Shown: piece by piece, positions 51,290 to 61,400 of the stretch | How positions within the stretch are numbered: the first letter of the stretch is position 1 | Layout: each line of letters opens with the position of its first letter | Assembly: GCA_963675525.2 (NCBI GenBank) | Contig: CAXXSL010000011.1 | Span: 352,001 to 416,000 of the forward strand | DNA from: Anaerohalosphaeraceae bacterium | GTDB lineage: Bacteria; Planctomycetota; Phycisphaerae; Sedimentisphaerales; Anaerohalosphaeraceae | Reading direction: 5' to 3' | DNA length: 64,000 nucleotides | Notes under the pieces: generated by a model | Told to the model about the DNA's origin: nothing | Database searches by the model: none | The model's input: only the letters and a program-made list of their open reading frames with translations | Position numbers and translations under genes: made by a program

Positions 51290-52167
51290 GGACGCTGCCC
51301 TTTCACAAGACGAATCAGATAGTCGCCATAATGATTCTTTTTTAACGGTTCCGCCATTTTCAAGACCTGCTCGGCCGTAATCCAGCCAAGGCGATAAGCA
51401 ATCTCTTCCGGACAGGAAATCATTAATCCCTGCCGCTGCTGAACGGTCTGAACAAAATTAGCCGCCTGCAGCATCGAATCATGTGTGCCCGTATCCAGCC
51501 AGGCAATGCCGCGGCTGAGAAGCTGTACTTTCAGGTTGCCCTTCTGCAGATAGGCTTTATTGACATCTGTAATTTCCAATTCGCCTCTTGGTGAGGGTTT
51601 GATCTGAGAAGCAATATCGACGATCTGTGAGTCGTAAAAATACAGCCCCACCGCCGCATAGTTGGACTTTGGATCAGCCGGTTTTTCTTCAATGCTGAGC
51701 ACGGTACCTGCCTTGTCAAACTCGATAACACCATAACGCTCCGGGTCGCTGACATAGTATCCAAAAATAGTAGCGGCTTCTTCATCCGTCATCGCCTGCT
51801 TCAGAGCCGTCATCAGACCGTACCCGTAGAAAATATTGTCGCCGAGGATAAGGCAGGCAGGCGAACCGTTCAGGAATTCCCTGCCAATGATGAACGCCTG
51901 GGCCAATCCTTCGGGCTTCGGCTGTTCGGCATACTCAAATGTGATACCCCACTGAGAACCGTCGCCGAGCAGATTGCGAAACTGCGGCAAATCATACGGT
52001 GTGGAAATCACCAATATCTCACGAATTCCGGCCAGCATCAAAACGCTTAGCGGATAAAAGATCATCGGCTTATCATACACCGGTAACATCTGCTTGCTGA
52101 CCGCCTGCGTCACCGGATACAGCCGGGTACCGCTGCCGCCGGCTAAAATAATCCCTTTTCGAGCCAT
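51286..52167 (-). CDS. rfbA: glucose-1-phosphate thymidylyltransferase
   Basis: [45 protein letters not shown]. Confidence 0.96.
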   Translation of the reverse strand: MARKGIILAGGSGTRLYPVTQAVSKQMLPVYDKPMIFYPLSVLMLAGIREILVISTPYDLPQFRNLLGDGSQWGITFEYAEQPKPEGLAQAFIIGREFLNGSPACLILGDNIFYGYGLMTALKQAMTDEEAATIFGYYVSDPERYGVIEFDKAGTVLSIEEKPADPKSNYAAVGLYFYDSQIVDIASQIKPSPRGELEITDVNKAYLQKGNLKVQLLSRGIAWLDTGTHDSMLQAANFVQTVQQRQGLMISCPEEIAYRLGWITAEQVLKMAEPLKKNHYGDYLIRLVKGQRP

Positions 52168-52203
52168 AAATACCTTTCCTGAACATTGAAATTTAAGAGG
52201 CGG

Positions 52204-52232
52204 ATTATACCGAAAAACAGCACGTGTGTCAA
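52204..52232 (-). promoter_or_regulatory. consensus sigma70 promoter of rfbACDB
   Basis: Perfect TTGACA-17-TATAAT. Confidence 0.75.
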
Positions 52233-52301
52233 CGCAAGCTCAGAAAAATCGAAGGGTTAGCGTATTTCAGACCGGTTTTCAAAAAATTACGGAGAATATA
52301 G

Positions 52302-52333
52302 AAAAAGCCGGGGATTGAAGCTAATACCCGGCC
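52302..52333 (-). terminator. probable rho-independent terminator
   Basis: GCCGGG...CCCGGC stem followed by a T-run on the minus strand, downstream of 52370. Confidence 0.55.
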
Positions 52334-52369
52334 TTAAGAGTATCATGACATGTTAATCCATTTCGATAA

Positions 52370-53746
52370 TTATGTGCCGTATAGCCAGTTTCCAGCTAGT
52401 ATGGAAAAATCAACCAAATCATATGGGTCCAACCAGCTATCACTGTCTGCAAGCATAATGAGATCGGCCAGATCCACCTGTCCATCCCCGTTCAGGTCGC
52501 CATCGACAGGTGGATCAATTCCGTACATCCATTGTCTGGCAAACTTGGCAAATACCGGCAAATCATTGTCGACCAACCAGCTATCGGTGTCTACAAACAT
52601 AATGAGATCGGCCACATCCACCAGTTCATCCTCATTCAGGTCACCGCCAATCGGGAAGATTTCATAAGCACCGACATCAACTCGATCATAAAGAACGCGA
52701 TTAAAACCGCTGATATCCTGTTGGCCTGCATAGTCACCGGCCGGATCACCTGCATTGATGCACACGGAAAATGCGTCCAAATAGAAGTTTAAACCGTCGG
52801 GGTCAATAAAATTCGGATCATCGCTGAGATTATTATCTCCCGCACCTGTCCAACCGTCTTTTATAACACTATAGCTCACTATGGGTGAACTCGTGGACGA
52901 ATGAATCTCATTGCCGCTGTTGGTTGCAGAATCGCCCCACATAATGCAGTTGACTACGCTCGGAGTACTATCTTGATAACAATGGATCGCGCCTCCTTGA
53001 GTTGACGTGTTTTGGCTGAATGTGCAATTCGTTATCGTTGGATTACACCTTGGCTCCGAAGGAGTATTTGAATAACAAGAAATCCCACCACCACGGTAAG
53101 CTTTATTACCGCTGAATACACAGCTAGTCACGATTGCATCACTATCATAAAGGCCGATCCCTCCGCCATACCCTTTACGAGGGTCGTATTCTTCTCCGTC
53201 GTCCCCATTGCCGATAAACGTACAACCGGAGATCGTTGGCTGACCTAAGTAAGAAAAGAACCCGCCTCCGATGCTGCCGCTACCGGTGAATGTATTATCA
53301 CTGAACACGCAGTTTTTTATGATTGGAGAAGTGTTATAGCAATTAATGCCCCCTCCAAACCCGCTGGTCTTGCCGTTTTGGATCGTAAAGCCTGCGATTA
53401 CCGTATCGGCCGTCTCGCCATTATTACAGGTTATAACACTACCCGAAGCACCACCGTCAATAACGGTCGCAGCAACAACGGTTAAATCGTTCGGGTCCGT
53501 ACCGGTCAACGTTACCAACTTCCCGTTAAGGTTAAGGTTCTCGGAATAAAAACCTTCGGCTACGATAATTTCATCATAGTTTAAAGAGTTGTTTATGGCA
53601 GTCTGAATCGCAGTGTATGCATCAGCCCAACTGGTTCCGTCTCCTCCGGGTGCCGCCGAATCATCGACATAGATTGTGTTTGCTGAAATAGAAGATGAAA
53701 TAAATATCAAAAATAATGCCAAAACAGAAAAACGCGCAAGAGCCAT
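52370..53746 (-). CDS. secreted right-handed beta-helix protein with dockerin-like C-terminal repeats
   Basis: Signal peptide, GDGTSWADAY, GGGI repeats, CINAGD...DVGAYE, GDLNEDELVD / GDLNGDGQVD ... LAGNWL. Confidence 0.8.
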   Translation of the reverse strand: MALARFSVLALFLIFISSSISANTIYVDDSAAPGGDGTSWADAYTAIQTAINNSLNYDEIIVAEGFYSENLNLNGKLVTLTGTDPNDLTVVAATVIDGGASGSVITCNNGETADTVIAGFTIQNGKTSGFGGGINCYNTSPIIKNCVFSDNTFTGSGSIGGGFFSYLGQPTISGCTFIGNGDDGEEYDPRKGYGGGIGLYDSDAIVTSCVFSGNKAYRGGGISCYSNTPSEPRCNPTITNCTFSQNTSTQGGAIHCYQDSTPSVVNCIMWGDSATNSGNEIHSSTSSPIVSYSVIKDGWTGAGDNNLSDDPNFIDPDGLNFYLDAFSVCINAGDPAGDYAGQQDISGFNRVLYDRVDVGAYEIFPIGGDLNEDELVDVADLIMFVDTDSWLVDNDLPVFAKFARQWMYGIDPPVDGDLNGDGQVDLADLIMLADSDSWLDPYDLVDFSILAGNWLYGT

Positions 53747-53809
53747 GACCCTTCTCCTAAAAAATTATCTCCTGTCATCGATTGAAACTATACAACCCAT
53801 TTGGGAAAT

Positions 53810-53838
53810 ATTATATCCACAAAATGATCACATGTCAA
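53810..53838 (-). promoter_or_regulatory. consensus sigma70 promoter for the beta-helix protein
   Basis: Perfect TTGACA-17-TATAAT just downstream of pheS. Confidence 0.7.
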
Positions 53839-53875
53839 CTCTTTTTTGTGTTTTTATGGGACGCCGACGATTTGG

Positions 53876-54865
53876 TCAGAACTGCTTCAGGAAGCGAATA
53901 TCGTTTTCAAAGAGATTCCGGATGTCGGTAATCCCGTACTTTTTCATGGCCAGCCGTTCGATCCCGAAACCGAAGGCCCATCCGGTGTATTTTTCGCTGT
54001 CGATGCCGACGGCGTCAAAAACATTCGGATCCACCATGCCGCAGCCGCCGATCTCCATCCAGTTTTCATTGCCGGACTTATCCACCCAGAGGATATCCAC
54101 CTCACAACTTGGCTCCGTGAACGGGAAAAAACTCGGGCGAAAACGCCATTTCGTATCGGCCCCAAAAAACGTATGGATGAACTGGTTGACGCTGCTTTTC
54201 AGATCCACCATCGTAATGCCTTCATCGACGACCAATGCTTCAAGCTGATGGAACATGAACATGTGTGTCGCATCCACCGTATCCGGTCGGTACACGCGCC
54301 CGGGTGCAACAACACGGATCGGGGGTTTTTGATTTTCCATGACACGAATTTGAATTGTTGAAGTCTGGCTTCGCAACAGAATGGAATCATCGAGATAAAA
54401 ATTATCAATGGGATCACGTGCCGGATGTTCCGGCGGGATATTCAAGGCAACAAAATTATGCCACTCGTCTTCAACTTCCGGGCCATAGGCAATATCAAAC
54501 CCCATTCGTCCGAAGATATCCAGCAGTTCTGTGATCGTCTGTGAAATAATATGCGACTTGCCCTGCTGGACGGGTTTTCCCGGCAGCGTCACATCCACCA
54601 CCGGTGAAGTCTGCTTTTGTGAGGACCCCAGTGAATCTTTCAGTGCATCAAAGGCCGCAGTAATTTCCTGTTTGATCTGGTTAGCCAGTTGCCCACCGGC
54701 TTTTTTTTGCTCTTTGGGCAAGGTTCCGATCAGGCTGAGCATGCCGGTCACCTCACCCTTGCGTCCGAGATACTTGATACGAAATGCCTCAAGAGACTCG
54801 GCATCTATAATCGTCTCCAACTCGGCCCGGGCCCGGTCACCAATCTGTGTGAACTGCTCCAGCAT
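53876..54865 (-). CDS. pheS: phenylalanine--tRNA ligase alpha subunit
   Basis: LG.KG, DVTLPG, HPARD, LLRSQTS, PGRVYR, FHQLE, FPFTEPS, GCGMV, AFGFGIERL. Confidence 0.96.
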   Translation of the reverse strand: MLEQFTQIGDRARAELETIIDAESLEAFRIKYLGRKGEVTGMLSLIGTLPKEQKKAGGQLANQIKQEITAAFDALKDSLGSSQKQTSPVVDVTLPGKPVQQGKSHIISQTITELLDIFGRMGFDIAYGPEVEDEWHNFVALNIPPEHPARDPIDNFYLDDSILLRSQTSTIQIRVMENQKPPIRVVAPGRVYRPDTVDATHMFMFHQLEALVVDEGITMVDLKSSVNQFIHTFFGADTKWRFRPSFFPFTEPSCEVDILWVDKSGNENWMEIGGCGMVDPNVFDAVGIDSEKYTGWAFGFGIERLAMKKYGITDIRNLFENDIRFLKQF

Positions 54866-54917
54866 CTTCCTTTGTCCGTTAACGAAATCAAACAGGCGGT
54901 ATTAAAATTGCTTCGTG

Positions 54918-55274
54918 TTACGCCAGTGCGGCTTTCGCTTGTTCAACAATTGCGTCAAAAGCAGCCTCGTCAGCAATTGCGATCTCGCTGAGCATCTTGC
55001 GATTCAGTTCGATTCCGGCTTTCTTCAAACCGTTAATAAACTGACTGTAACGTATGTCTCGCAGTTGACAGGCCGCACTTAAGCGAATAATCCAGAGGCC
55101 GCGATAATCACGTTTCTTTAATTTGCGGCCGACACGTGCATTGACGGCAGCACGGGTTCGAGCCTCCTTGGCAAGGCGGATTTGGGTGCGCGTTGCACCA
55201 CGATAACCTTTGACTTCCTTCAGGATCCTTTTTTTCGCCTGACGGGCAGCAGCCCCTTTTCGTACTCTTGGCAT
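54918..55274 (-). CDS. rplT: 50S ribosomal protein L20
   Basis: MPRV, KGYRG, RK.KKR..R.LWI.R, LNRKMLSEIA. Confidence 0.96.
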   Translation of the reverse strand: MPRVRKGAAARQAKKRILKEVKGYRGATRTQIRLAKEARTRAAVNARVGRKLKKRDYRGLWIIRLSAACQLRDIRYSQFINGLKKAGIELNRKMLSEIAIADEAAFDAIVEQAKAALA

Positions 55275-55357
55275 ACCAGCTTTCCTTTCATTTGACGAAG
55301 CATACAGGTCGCTGCGGCAGCTGATGGAGCCGGGAAGCGACGCTCTTTAGTGTGTGC

Positions 55358-55552
55358 TTACTGATTTAATAATGTCTTGATCTTACGAGCAACTTTACCG
55401 GTGACCAAAGCAGTCTTTCCCATTTCACGGCACTTCTTGCCGCTTGTACCGCTCATCAGATGGCTGCCGTTGCACTTGGGACGTTTGACTTTCCCGGTAC
55501 CGGTCACTTTTACGCGTTTTCTCAGACCCTTATGGGTTTTCTGCTTAGGCAT
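55358..55552 (-). CDS. rpmI: 50S ribosomal protein L35
   Basis: MPKQKTHKG..KR.KVTGTGK; lies between infC and rplT. Confidence 0.93.
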   Translation of the reverse strand: MPKQKTHKGLRKRVKVTGTGKVKRPKCNGSHLMSGTSGKKCREMGKTALVTGKVARKIKTLLNQ

Positions 55553-55617
55553 TTAACTTATTCCTATCAATGACTTTATAGACACTCTACGTACATATCC
55601 CGATTAAGAGACCCGAT

Positions 55618-55646
55618 ACGATAATCGTTAGGGGCGTTTTTGTCAA
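55618..55646 (-). promoter_or_regulatory. internal promoter for rpmI-rplT
   Basis: TTGACA-17-TATCGT. Confidence 0.5.
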
Positions 55647-55704
55647 CCGGAAATTTGTGTTTTTTGGTTTTTGGGAAATAATCGATGAAATTCGACCTAA
55701 TTAA

Positions 55705-56220
55705 TTAGGTTTTCAACGGTCCCATGACCATTGTGATCCGTCGGCCCAGTTTTTGAGCGGCGCGTTCAAGTTTTCCTTTTTCCTGCAGGGTTTCGGTTAT
55801 TTCGTTCATGATCTCGAAACCATGTTCCACATGCATCATTTCGCGGCCGCGGAAAAGCATGGTAAACTGAACTTTATGACCTTTTTCAAGAAACTTGACA
55901 GCATGCTCCACCTTGATGTCCCGATCATGATCATCTATCTTGGGACGCAGCCGAATCTCCTTTAAAACAACCGTATGCTGCTTTTTCTGGCTCAGCTTGA
56001 CTTTTCGCTTCTGTTCGTAGAGATATTTGCCGTAATCCATGATCCGGCATACCGGCGGTTCTGAAGTCGGCGCGACCTCTACAAGGTCAAGCCCCAATTC
56101 CCGGGCTCTTTCAAAGGCTTCTCTGGTATCAACGATTCCCGCCTGCTCGTTATTTTCGTCGATCAAGCGAATCGGGCATTTGTGAATACGATCGTTAATC
56201 CGTAAATTATCTTTGCTAAT
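55705..56220 (-). CDS. infC: translation initiation factor IF-3 with ATT start codon
   Basis: Frame extends to ATT at 56220 after a GAAAGGT SD: (M)SKDNLRINDRI...IRLID; LDLVEVAP, PPVCRIMDYGK, KEIRLRP. Confidence 0.93.
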   Translation of the reverse strand: MSKDNLRINDRIHKCPIRLIDENNEQAGIVDTREAFERARELGLDLVEVAPTSEPPVCRIMDYGKYLYEQKRKVKLSQKKQHTVVLKEIRLRPKIDDHDRDIKVEHAVKFLEKGHKVQFTMLFRGREMMHVEHGFEIMNEITETLQEKGKLERAAQKLGRRITMVMGPLKT

Positions 56221-56286
56221 GGCTCATTACCTTTCAAAAAATATTGTTTTCTAATATACGGTTCCTGTCAGACCATCAACGCTCAT

Positions 56287-58212
56287 TTAGAGCGATAAGT
56301 CCAGACATTTATCGGCATTTTTCCTTAGGGCGGTTGAGATAAATTCATCCAACGACAAGGTTTGCGTTTCCTGACTCTGGCGAATCCGAACATTGACCGC
56401 CCTGTCAGCGGCCTCTTTGGGGCCGACCACCAGCATATACGGGATCCTGTCCGCATGGGCCCGGGCGATCTTGGCTCCGATCTTATCATTGGAGGCATCG
56501 ACCGTTACGCTCAGGGCCGCCATCTTAATCGCCGCCTTGACCTCTTCGGCGAAATCATTTGTTTTTTCACTGATCGGCAATATCCGCACCTGTTCCGGGG
56601 AAAGCCAAAGCGGCATATTCCCGCCGTAATGCTCAATCAGTATCCCCAAAAACCGCTCCAGTGACCCTAAAATCGCCCGATGGATCATCACGGGGGTCTT
56701 TTCCGTATTGTCCTGAGCGGTATATACCAGTTCAAACCGCTGCGGCATGGAGAAATCCAACTGGATCGTTCCCAACTGCCACGACCGGTTCAAACAATCA
56801 TTGATATGGAAATCGATCTTCGGCCCGTAAAACGCCCCATCGCCCTCATTAATTTGGTAATCCATGCCCTTGTGGTCCAGCGCCCCCTTTAACGCATTGG
56901 TTGCCGTTTCCCAAATCTCATCGGAACCGATATGCTTTTCCGGTTTGGTGGACAGCTCAACATGGTAATCGGTAAACCCGAATGTCGCGTACATTTCCTG
57001 CACCAGGTCAATTACGCCGACGATCTCGCTTTCAATTTGCTCCGGCGTACAGAAAATATGGGCATCGTCCTGTGTAAACTGACGCACCCGCACCAGCCCG
57101 TGCATCTGACCGCTGGCTTCATAGCGATGCACCAGCCCCAGCTCAGCCACACGCATCGGCAGTTCACGATACGAATGCTTGTTGCTGTTATAAACCAGTA
57201 GCCCACCGGGACAGTTCATCGGCTTGACCGCATAGGTCATCTCGTCCACAGTAGTGAAGTACATATTCTCTTTATAGTTCTCATAATGGCCGCTCTTGTG
57301 CCACAGCGACTCGTTAAGCATGATGGGTGTCTTGATTTCCTCATACTCGTACCGGCGATGCACATCCCGCCAGAAATCGATAATACCGTTCCAGATACGC
57401 ATCCCCTTCGGATGCAGGAAAGCAAACCCCGGCCCCTCATCGTGAAAGCTGAACAGGTCCATCTGTTTGCCGAGCAGCCGGTGGTCGCGTTTTTTCGCTT
57501 CCTCTATCCGGAACAGGTAATCGGCCAGTTCTTTCTTATCACGCCATGCCGTGCCGTACACACGCTGCAGCATCTTCTGCGACGCATCGCCGTGCCAGTA
57601 AGCGCCTGCAACGGACATCACTTTAAAGCCCTTACCGTCAATCATTTTGGTACGCGGCACATGCGGCCCGCGGCATAAATCCTCAAATCCATCCGCGCCA
57701 TGCTTGTAAAAGCTCAGCACCTCGCCGGTGGCATTGGCAATATTATCCAGCTTGTACATGTCGCCGGCCATCTTCGCTTCCGCCTCGGTGCGTGTCATCT
57801 CAATGCGTTCAAAGGGCGTATCAGCCTTGATGACTTCCTTCATCTTCTGTTCGATGCGGGAGAAATCTTCCGGCCGGATCGGCGTGTCCAGATCGATGTC
57901 GTAGTAGAAGCCATCCGTCACGGTCGGCCCGTAAACAAGCTTCGCCTCCGGCCAAATCGAACAGATCGCCTCGGCCATGACATGCGCACAGCTGTGTCGG
58001 ATGATCTCTAATCCCAAGTCGTCTTTGGCGGTAATGATGACCACGTCCACATCACCAGTGATGGGAGTGGAAAGATCTGTTAGTTGACCGTTGATTTTGG
58101 CCGCTATCGCAACCCGCGCCAGCCCCGGCCCGATCTGAGCCGCCAAATCCGCCACGCTCGCCCCGTCAGCCACTTCAAGAATGCTTCCGTCAGGAAGTTT
58201 TGCTTTTGCCAT
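56287..58212 (-). CDS. thrS: threonine--tRNA ligase
   Basis: TGS domain, RHSCAH, DLCRGPH, KRDHR.LG, KPMNCP, RVRQFTQDDAH, AFYGPKID, HRAILGS.ERF. Confidence 0.97.
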   Translation of the reverse strand: MAKAKLPDGSILEVADGASVADLAAQIGPGLARVAIAAKINGQLTDLSTPITGDVDVVIITAKDDLGLEIIRHSCAHVMAEAICSIWPEAKLVYGPTVTDGFYYDIDLDTPIRPEDFSRIEQKMKEVIKADTPFERIEMTRTEAEAKMAGDMYKLDNIANATGEVLSFYKHGADGFEDLCRGPHVPRTKMIDGKGFKVMSVAGAYWHGDASQKMLQRVYGTAWRDKKELADYLFRIEEAKKRDHRLLGKQMDLFSFHDEGPGFAFLHPKGMRIWNGIIDFWRDVHRRYEYEEIKTPIMLNESLWHKSGHYENYKENMYFTTVDEMTYAVKPMNCPGGLLVYNSNKHSYRELPMRVAELGLVHRYEASGQMHGLVRVRQFTQDDAHIFCTPEQIESEIVGVIDLVQEMYATFGFTDYHVELSTKPEKHIGSDEIWETATNALKGALDHKGMDYQINEGDGAFYGPKIDFHINDCLNRSWQLGTIQLDFSMPQRFELVYTAQDNTEKTPVMIHRAILGSLERFLGILIEHYGGNMPLWLSPEQVRILPISEKTNDFAEEVKAAIKMAALSVTVDASNDKIGAKIARAHADRIPYMLVVGPKEAADRAVNVRIRQSQETQTLSLDEFISTALRKNADKCLDLSL

Positions 58213-58241
58213 GAATTCGTCCAGTACCTCAAATAAATCAC

Positions 58242-58296
58242 GTAACCCCGGTGTCAGACCGGCTTAATAATAATGTAACGCCGGCATCCTGCCGGC
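58242..58296 (+). repeat. pair of REP-like palindromes in the thrS leader
   Basis: GTAACCCCGGTGTCAGACCGG and GTAACGCCGGCATCCTGCCGG. Confidence 0.5.
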
Positions 58297-58343
58297 AGTT
58301 TTTATCCAAAAAACGCACATTTTTCTCTAAAAATAGAGCCTAT

Positions 58344-58372
58344 AGTCTAAGGAACTGCAAATGAAATGTCAA
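58344..58372 (-). promoter_or_regulatory. sigma70-type promoter of thrS
   Basis: TTGACA-17-TAGACT. Confidence 0.55.
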
Positions 58373-58440
58373 GACCCAATCAATACACAATCGAAATTCC
58401 CCAAGTTTAACCTCCGCTTCTTGAAGCGGAGGGTGTATTA

Positions 58441-61400
58441 TCATTCCCCCCACAGCCAGTTGTTCAGGAAAATAGACAAATCGTTCGGGTCGACAATGTT
58501 ATTCAGGTCGAAATCGCTGTCCAGCAGAACGCGTTCATCCAGCCAGTCATCCGACCACAGCGACCAATCGCCTAAATCAACCGCATCATCGTGATTCAGG
58601 TCCGCCGGATTACCAACCGGATTAAGCGACATGCTCGCCTGCGGCGTGCCGCCGTAGGCGCCCATATTGATTCGGCCCCCATGCGGCCACAGTTCATCCT
58701 GCCACCCCATATCATTCGGGTCGCCCGCATCAATACAAGGACTGGTAACGTCATCAACCACCCAAGCCCCAAACACCCGCGGCTGGAGATAATCTTCACA
58801 GAACAAGAGAAAATCATCCAAATCAATTATGTCATCCCCATATAAATTACATGGTATCTGTAAATACCAGTCTCTTATAAGCCCCCAATTCTGAGCTAAT
58901 TCTGTAAAATCAATCAAATCCACCCGCTTATCCAGATTAAAATCAGCCCTGGCGAATCCATCCCAAACAAATCGCCCCGCCTTGCTCTTGAGATGCAAGT
59001 CACCATAATCATTATTATATAATGGGCTATAATCCATCATTGATGTTCCGGGAATTGATATCGGAAACCACCCATCCCCGCCGTCATTCGGCTCTCTCGC
59101 AAACACCGGATCAGTATCGATATTCCCCGGCCCCCAGGTTAATGTATTTGGATCAACCAGATTCGGATCGGGAAGAATCCCATTTTGTAAATAATTACCA
59201 AAAGAAGAATAATCCGGGAATATCAAAATACTGCCTTCACTATCTTCGATGTCACTATATGAGATAGTTACGCGGGAATTGAGCGGATTATTAAAGTCAC
59301 CGCTGTTGTTTTGGATGGTAACCTGTTTATTATCACTTCCCTGGTTGCCCCAGATAATTGAATTTTCCAGTAATACATCGGATTCTCGAATAAATAACCC
59401 AGCTCCCGTTGGAACATAAGGATAAAATTCATCAATATTGAACAGACAATAAGCAATCGTCGTGTTTACGATGTCCGCGTGTCCATTTCGAATCATAATC
59501 GCAGACATTTGGTCATAAGGATATGAAACACATTTAAGGCTGAACAGGCAATTTTCGATTATCGTATTACCGGTGGTATTACGGTTATTGTAAATTCTTA
59601 TGCCGCCGCCCCCCTGCCTGGTCATTTGCACTCCAACAAACGTGCAATTTTGAATGCAGGGATTGCCTTGATTGACGTAAATAGGGTAGCCGCTGTCACC
59701 ATAAGGTATTAAAGAACCTGACCAAACGCAATTTTTAATGACCGGACTGCTGTTATAACAGTATATATACCCATTTATAGTTAATCCGTCTAATACGGCA
59801 TCCCGCCCTTCCTGTTTATCGAAATAGAACCTGCCGGTTACTATGGTAGAGCCCACGATTTCCGGATTATCCGGCTCGATACTTCTCACCGTGACAGCTT
59901 TGCCCTGATAGCGGATTTCGTCATAATAATAATTTTCTGATGGATACCAACCCGGATGCACAATCACATGGTCCCCATCCACCGCCGCGTTGATAGCTGT
60001 CTGAATCGTGGGATATTCGATCGGCACATGCCGTTCGCCGTCGCGATACACATGCAGCGACACCGGCACCGTTACGGGTGAGTTGGAAGCGTTTTCATCC
60101 GTAATTGTTAACTGGCAATCGTAATACCCAATTTCCAATGCCGTCGTATCTACCGTTAGCATAACTTCATTCGGTCCGGCAGCACACTGTCCGCTTACAG
60201 GTAAAACAGAAAGCCACTCACAATCCTCAGCGATGTTCCAGTTCAAGGTATCATATCCATTGTTAGAAATCTCCAGCACCTGCGTTAATACATTCGGATC
60301 ATCCACATCACACTCAAAATCAAGCGACGCGGGCGAAAACCCAATTTCCGGCCGCAAAACATCCAACGACACCGTTACCACCTGCGGACTGTTGCTCGCA
60401 TTCGGTGCTTCGACCGTCAACTGGCAGTTATAGGTGCCATATTCCATATTACTTTGGTCGATATTGAGCATCACGTCCGCACTGCCTGTTGTTATTACAC
60501 CCAAATCCGGTTCGATCTGCATCCAGTTACAATTCGGCGTAATGCTCCAATTCAATGTCCCTCCGCCTGTATTCGATATTGTCAAAACTTGTGGTTCGGG
60601 GTTCAACGTTTCCTTGCTTGCGGTAAAGTTGTAATTATTTTGGCTGATACTAAGAGAAGGTCCTGTGATAGTCAGGTACACATCAATCATTTTTGGGTTG
60701 TTCATAGCATTGGGGTCGGAAATCGTAATTTGACCGAAATACTGACCCGCCGTCAAACTACCGATATCCGGCGTAATGCTGATAGTGGCAGTTTGTTCCC
60801 AGTTGACACTGCCGCTTGCCGGGATAGTTTGCAGCCAACTGGTATTCGAACTGGCTGTCCAGTTAAGATTCGATCGGCCTAAATTATAGAAAGTAATCGT
60901 TTGTGGTACTGGATTATTTCTTGCCTCCATCGCTGTAAAGTTGAGATTACTGACAGACATCAAAATGAAAGGTTCTTCCGTAGAAAATTCATCCGCTCCC
61001 ATATCAACTCTTGTTCCAACTATTCTCAAGTTTCCATCAATGTCGACTTCATTGACATCCGCAATAGTATTTGGATCACCTGCATTGATACAGGGAGAAT
61101 CTGCCGAAAGGCTGTAGCCATTACTCTGAAATAACGGATCAAGATCGATATTTCCAGTTCCTCCGCATCCACCCTGAATATTACTATAAGTAGCGTTATT
61201 ACCCCAACCAGAAAGCTGCTGTTGCGAATTATTCCAAATAATGGAATTACGGATTATTGAGTTACAACCTGTGTAGGAATGAATACCGCCGCCATCAGCT
61301 CCTGCATTATTACTTGTTATCGTGCAATTCTCAATAATGGTATTGCTCCATGCACAGTAAAATGCACCACCATAATGCTCTCCGTTATTTCCCGCTATAA

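Noticed and set aside
55275..55357. Hairpin between rpmI and rplT as an L20 regulatory RNA
   Set aside because: The GTCGCT/AGCGAC stem exists, but known L20 leaders lie upstream of infC or rpmI and there is no comparative support here.
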